Below are positions 59,064 to 64,000 of a stretch of DNA of 64,000 nt, one piece after another. The translations under genes and the position numbers were made by a program. Origin of the DNA: an uncultured bacterium (lineage in GTDB: Bacteria; Patescibacteriota; Minisyncoccia; UBA6257; 2-01-FULL-56-20); assembly GCA_963844965.1 (NCBI GenBank), contig CAWJQC010000007.1, positions 256,001 through 320,000 of the forward strand. The letters are read 5' to 3'. The stretch's first letter is position 1. Every line of letters begins with the position of its first letter. The notes beneath the pieces are model-generated. The model worked only from the letters and a program-made list of their open reading frames with translations, was not told the DNA's origin and ran no database searches.

Positions 59064-60845
59064 GCGTTGCCAGATGGCAAAATAACATCGCCGCTTCCGG
59101 AGGAATTGCTTGGAGTAGGGCTTGGCGGTGCACTTGCCGATGGAGATCCGTCGCTGGTCTCGGATGGTCCATTTCGCGGAGATGGTCCCAACGCCGCAGG
59201 CCGATGAGTACTGTCTGCGGAATTGTCGCCAGTGTTCGGCGGCGGTGGCGTAGAACGCGGAGCAAGACCCCATACTTGTAAATTGCCGAGGAGATCGGGG
59301 AGATTAACGCTGTAGCTGTCCGTGGGCAATGGCTCGGTATTTCTGCTGCGGCCCATGATCTCCACCTTGCCCGTATCCAGGTTAAGCCGCCCAATCACTG
59401 GCAACTGGCCATTCTCTCCAATCACGCTGTTCGCCATGAGGGTAAATGCGTCACAGAGGTCATCGAACCGCTCTATGCCAAATCCAATGAGCTGTTGCTT
59501 CAGGTGTGAATTCTCCGGGTCCGGCGCGAAGAGTATTGTGCCATTCTGAATAAGAGCGCTTGCGGTCATAAGCCGGGCGTGTTTGTCGGTGGCGATCTTT
59601 ACGCCGATCACCCTGCAATGTTTGGATTTTTCGAGGTACTCGATGGCCGACCGTTGATAGGCCACATCCTCGATCCGTATCTCGACCGCGCCGCAAAGCT
59701 TCGTGTACATATCATGGAGTTCCTTGAGGAGCTCCATCGTTTCAAGGAACGCCATCCTGCGGTTAATCGTCTTGATGACATACCCGTGGAAGTCCTTGCC
59801 GAATCCGGCGAAGAGGCCTACGACGATGCCCGTGTAATCAGCGGTTTCTTTTTCCGAGATCGCGAGGTCGACCCCGATGACCACCTTTTTGATTTTCTCT
59901 TTCGGCAATACTACCCAGTGCTTGATCCATTCCGCTTGGATCACGCGCTCGTCGCTCGTGACCGTTTGGAGTAAAAATTCCCTGCGCCACGTAGTGTCGT
60001 CACCGATCTTCCGTTTGAACGCCTCAAGTGCCTCGGGCGTCTTGAACTTCTCTGGCCACTGGCATACGCCTTCATCGTCAACGAGCGGATACCGCCGAAA
60101 GACACCACCACGCTCGCCTTTTTTGATTTGCTCGATAACGCGGCCGAGCAGGGAAAATTCGTGCAAGAAATTCCCGATGAGAAAGATCTTTGTCTTTGTC
60201 GTGCCCAACGGAATTATTTCCGATACGAACCAGCTATAGATGCGATCGCGGTTTTCTTTTGTCCGCGTCCCTTGCAGATCTTGCGGATCGTCTACGATCA
60301 CATAGTCCGGGCGGTATTGCTTGTAGCGCAGACCGCGCACTGCCTGTTGGGACGAGATCGCAATTATTTTTGCATCGAATTTCCTGAGGGTCATGCCGAA
60401 CGCGCCGCTCTCGTCGCCCTCCATATCGATCGGTCCGAAATCATTTCTGAGGAGGGGCGATTCAAGCGCCTTGCGGATGTTGGAGAAATGCGTCCGCACC
60501 TGATGGAGCGTATCGGACGCGATCACGATAAAGTGGGCGCGACCGCTGAGGATCAGACCACAGAGAGAATGACGTATTGAGAATCGCGCTCTTCCCGGAA
60601 TTTCTGAATCCGGCGATCACATAGAGATCATTGTCGTTCGACTCGGTAAGGCGAAACATATCTCGGTGAAAGTCCGCCATCGGGTCTTGGAGGTAGTCCG
60701 CAAGATAGATGTTAAAAAACATCGCGTGCGACCACTGGCCAAGCTTGCGCCGCAGGAGGCGGCTCTTGCGGATGATGTCGATGAAGAAATTGAACTTATC
60801 GGCATTGTTACTGTTGTCACTACTAGGAATTGGTAGGTTGTCCAT
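59027..60845 (-). CDS. Phage terminase large subunit (ATPase plus nuclease); frameshift near 60500
   Basis: N-terminal ORF 60462..60845 has Walker A GFRNSGKS; ORF 59027..60526 has Walker B PDYVIVDDPQD and nuclease GVDLAISEKETADYTGIVV. Confidence 0.65.
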
Positions 60846-61221
60846 TTTTGTTTTGATTAAAGAGGTTTATATAATCTGCGGGGAACCCTGCGAGGCGGAG
60901 GGCTTCGCGGAGGAGTTCGACCTCCTCATCGGTCAGCTCTTCGCGCAGATTGACGGTTCCCGAAAGCTCAAGCCTGCTGCGATACTCATCCTTGTTATTC
61001 TTGAGCCAGAAGATCGCCGCTTGCAGCTTGCCTTGCTTGATCGCCGTAATGACCTGACTTTCCGCAACATCCGAAATGAGGCCTTTGCCGTCGATCATCG
61101 CTTGGTCCACCGCTTTTGCGAAGGCAGGGTCGTCCTGTTTGTATCGGTAGAACGTTGTCCTGCCAACGCCCGCCTTCGCTGCGGCTACTTCCACGAATCG
61201 GCGTTTTCTTGAGCGACTCAA
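60823..61221 (-). CDS. Phage terminase small subunit-like HTH protein
   Basis: 132 aa, HTH (GVGRTTFYRYK), located immediately upstream of terL. Confidence 0.5.
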   Translation of the reverse strand: MSRSRKRRFVEVAAAKAGVGRTTFYRYKQDDPAFAKAVDQAMIDGKGLISDVAESQVITAIKQGKLQAAIFWLKNNKDEYRSRLELSGTVNLREELTDEEVELLREALRLAGFPADYINLFNQNKNGQPTNS

Positions 61222-61251
61222 GAATAACGTTTTTCTTTTCTTCTTGTGTCA

Positions 61252-62584
61252 TTAGATCTTTTGAGGCTTGATGCCTGTTATGCGCTCGACTCTTTTTAGG
61301 ATCACGGTGAGGTACACCGGAGATTTCTCCATCAGATAACAGCGGCGTTGCATTTTTAATGCAGCAGCCCATGTGGATCCGCTGCCCCCGAATGGCTCAA
61401 GGACGAGGTCGTTGCGCCTCGTAAGCACCTTGATATAGGGAACCAGGATCTCCACGGGCTTCGTGCCGAAAATGACGCCCTGCCCGGAATTCTTTTCGTC
61501 CGAGGCGACATGCTCGATGAAGTCCGTAGGGCAAAACTTTTTTCCTTTTTCGTAGGACTCCCATTGCGGTTTCCCCGAGGTGGCAAACAACGCGTTTTCG
61601 TACTCGTTCTGGAGCAGCTCATCGCCCTCGTCGTCAAGGTTCAGCACCACTTCACCGCCGGTTCCCACAAGCGCGATGTCGTGCTTGTTGAAGAATTTGT
61701 ATTTCGCTGCAAAACCGGAGACACGATTCGGAAGATGCCACGTGATCGTGTTCCGATATTTCCAATGTTGTTCTAGGGCGTTCCATATAGTCCGTAGATT
61801 CTTCGGATTTTCGAACACAATGATGGAGAAGTCTGGCTTTTGCACCTTGGCTACATTCGCCATCCAGAGATCCGTAAAATTCTCCGGCAGTGATTCCGTC
61901 TCGAGATACCTGCGATCGCGCTTCAAACCGAACCCCTCCGTCGCTTTGCCGTTGCGCTTCTTGCCGTGGAGGTAATCCAAAAGGTAAGGGGGGTCGGTGA
62001 AACAGAGATTCGCCCGCTCGCCGTTCATGAGTTTCATGATGTCGGCCTCTACTGTGCTGTCCCCACACATCGCCCGGCTGCCGTTCAGCTCGAACACGTC
62101 GCCCTTTTGAATCTCTATCTTGTCGATCTGGAGCTTCTGCAACTCCTTCGCGAGGTCAAATTCTTCTGGCGTTTCATCGAGCGCGAAGATTTTATCCAAC
62201 TCTTCGCTTGAGAACCCAATATCTTTCAAGATGGATTCATCGAACTCTGCGAGGGCCGCGATATCAAATTCGCCCGTGTTTTTGTTCAGCCGAATTATGA
62301 TCTCGGCCTCCTTCTCTGGATCAGGAACGTTGATACGAACGACAGGCACCGTCTCTACACCCATCTCGATCAGTACCTTTGCGCGGAAGTTACCGCCGAG
62401 GATCACGCCTTCGCGGCCCGGCGCACTGTTAATGACTAATGGATCGATTATGCCGTGGCGCTCGAGACTCGCGCAGTTGAGTGTTTGCCTCCTTGGTCCA
62501 TAGGCGAGGGTTCCTTTCGGGATGGCGTAGCGAAGCGAGAGGAACGTAATCGATCTTCAACTTTTCTTGTATGTCTTGGTCCAT
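61252..62584 (-). CDS. ParB-like nuclease domain fused to a DNA methyltransferase (phage-type); frameshift near 62470
   Basis: ParB N-terminus KIDYVPLASL...GIIDPLVINSAPGREGVILGGNFRAKV spans two frames; MTase motif IV CFTDPPYLL and motif I EPFGGSGST. Confidence 0.65.
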
Positions 62585-62714
62585 GTTTTTATTAATTTAT
62601 TTGTACGACTATATAAGTATTGTTTCACTGAACTTCAGTGCTTTTAACTGCTTTTAGTTGCTTCCCTAGTCAAAAAGAATAGAAAAAATGAGCCGCGCAG
62701 AGCGGCCCAATCAG

Positions 62715-63341
62715 TTACTCACAAGCAGACGGAAGAAAATTACTTTTGGAGCGGGTTTGTGAAAATAAACCCGTTGCGAGCCTTTTATTAATCACGGGTA
62801 GGCCGTCGGGGGTCTTCATCGGAAATCCGCGTTTCTGGGACATCGGTTTATGCTGTAAGTGAGCGAGGGCATTTGTGATGCGCTTCCGCCTCTCATCCTT
62901 ATTTGTGATGGAATTCTTTTTGCCCTCTTTCACAAAGTATCTATCGATCTTCTCATCAGACATAAAACCTTTCTCGTCCGCCTCGAAAAAAAGCGCTTTT
63001 ACCAGGAGAACGTAAAACGCTTCTTGGTCGAGAAAATCTATGACGTTGCCATTAGTGTAAAAGTTATTTTCCCAGTACTCAATGAGTCGTTTTTCTCCAC
63101 GGCTACCGTTGGCACCGCCACCTCGCTCTTTTTGTTTCACAAGATCGGCAATTTCCTTCATGGTGGCATGGTCAAGATGTACCGGGCGCGAAAGAGGAGG
63201 GGCAATAAATAGCTGTGGCTCGAACATTTTAGCCACAGTTTCCATTAAGGGACGCCCTATTCTTTCTAACTCCGCCCTGCCCTCTGGGGTTTTACGTAAC
63301 TCGCGGACCGTCATTTGTGACATATCTTTTTTTGTTCCCAT
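62715..63341 (-). CDS. Hypothetical phage-region protein
   Basis: 208-aa ORF, no motif recognised. Confidence 0.35.
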   Translation of the reverse strand: MGTKKDMSQMTVRELRKTPEGRAELERIGRPLMETVAKMFEPQLFIAPPLSRPVHLDHATMKEIADLVKQKERGGGANGSRGEKRLIEYWENNFYTNGNVIDFLDQEAFYVLLVKALFFEADEKGFMSDEKIDRYFVKEGKKNSITNKDERRKRITNALAHLQHKPMSQKRGFPMKTPDGLPVINKRLATGLFSQTRSKSNFLPSACE

Positions 63342-63429
63342 ATCTCTATTCTAAAGGATTAGCGAGCAAATCTCAAAACCAAACAGGCAAAACCGACCCC
63401 CTTCAGTCCTAAGTAGATGTTTCCGCGGG

Positions 63430-63603
63430 ATAAGATATAATTCAATTTATGGCTAAAAAACCGGTTTCGTTTATCGCTACCAAATATAAGGACAAGCCTG
63501 TTAGGGTCAGTTTTTACACAAAGAAGGGCGAACGGGTGAGTTTTGCAGCTGAAAAAAAAGTTCCCGTAAAAGTGCAGGTACGGTTCAAGGCTCGCAAAAA
63601 GTA
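63430..63603 (+). CDS. Small basic protein (57 aa), hypothetical
   Basis: ATG..TAG ORF read directly (MAKKPVSFIATKYKDKPVRVSFYTKKGERVSFAAEKKVPVKVQVRFKARKK); below the ORF-track length cutoff. Confidence 0.3.
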
Positions 63604-63606
63604 GAA

Positions 63607-64000
63607 TGGCGAGCACTTTTGATTACCAATTTGGGCTGACGGAAATTGTTCCATCAAAACAAGCAGACGCAAAAGAAGGACAGAAAGTTGCCGCCTTCAA
63701 ACAATTGGTTGATGAGCGAATAACGTCAGGGCTTCCCGGAGGGTTCCCATCAAAGAACGAAATCTTTATCGCCATATTACAGTTTTTTTCTGGCATAAAA
63801 GAATATCAAAGGCGTGATATCGATAATATCAGCAAAACGATTCTTGATTCCCTAAAGGGCAAGATTTATCACGACGATAGCCAGGTAAGGACGTTACTTA
63901 TAAGCAAGAAGGTTTCTTCTCGCGTCCCAGTAAATTTTGTTTTCGTTGGCATCAGGGAACTGCACGGCGAAACCGACGTCGAAATCGTTCGGGCCACCAT
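63607..64000 (+). CDS. rusA: RusA-family Holliday-junction resolvase (partial, runs off the window end)
   Basis: DIDNISKTILDSLKGKIYHDDSQV matches the RusA catalytic core. Confidence 0.55.

Noticed and set aside
1-64000. CRISPR arrays, rRNA genes, tmRNA, RNase P RNA
   Set aside because: No regularly spaced identical direct repeats with unique spacers and no rRNA-like conserved stretches were seen. The structured region at 33730-33906 was considered as an ncRNA gene but lacks recognisable tmRNA, RNase P or SRP motifs

Overview
This 64-kb bacterial window has three parts. (1) About 44 kb of housekeeping genes, all called from motifs I read in the translations: a PBP2-type transpeptidase, rplU, a PMT/ArnT-like glycosyltransferase, a VirD4/TraD-like ATPase, a GH18-like protein, a MiaB-like radical SAM gene with a SpoT-type HD hydrolase and a P-loop kinase, a PiT phosphate transporter with its DUF47 partner, pgk, an inositol monophosphatase, cyclophilin, mscL, hemerythrin, an FMN reductase, an eqolisin-like peptidase, an OTC-like carbamoyltransferase, an orphan DNA methyltransferase, rplJ-rplL, tRNA-Val, and a short dcw cluster mraZ-rsmH-ftsL-ftsI-murF. 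(2) An IS3-family insertion sequence (orfA/orfB with an AAAAAAG slippery site) sits in the 3' end of the inositol monophosphatase gene. (3) Downstream of tRNA-Glu(CUC) lies a roughly 20-kb mobile or defence island that runs off the window end. It holds a shattered AAA_13 (RloC/PrrC-like) ATPase gene, a decayed and an intact large serine recombinase, a heavily frameshifted MmeI-family Type IIL restriction-modification gene, a DnaQ-exonuclease-DinG helicase with three PD-(D/E)XK-fold nuclease genes, and prophage genes (terminase small and large subunits, a ParB-methylase fusion, RusA). The most unusual feature is a family of intergenic elements with a shared architecture: 3-4 direct copies of a 6-8-nt unit, a short loop, then the same number of inverted copies. 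Units include GCGAAT(AA) in three near-identical copies, TACGAAA and CTAATT. Each element forms a long imperfect hairpin, abuts a start codon, and several sit in the dcw and rplJ intergenic regions. At least 15 single-base frameshifts interrupt conserved genes, including ftsI, murF, pit and a purD-like gene. Where I could reconstruct the indel, two lie in short homopolymer runs, so uncorrected assembly indels are likely for the core genes. The island genes carry many more and may be real pseudogenes. No rRNA genes or CRISPR arrays were seen. Any guess at taxonomy (a small-genome, possibly Patescibacteria-like organism) is inference only.
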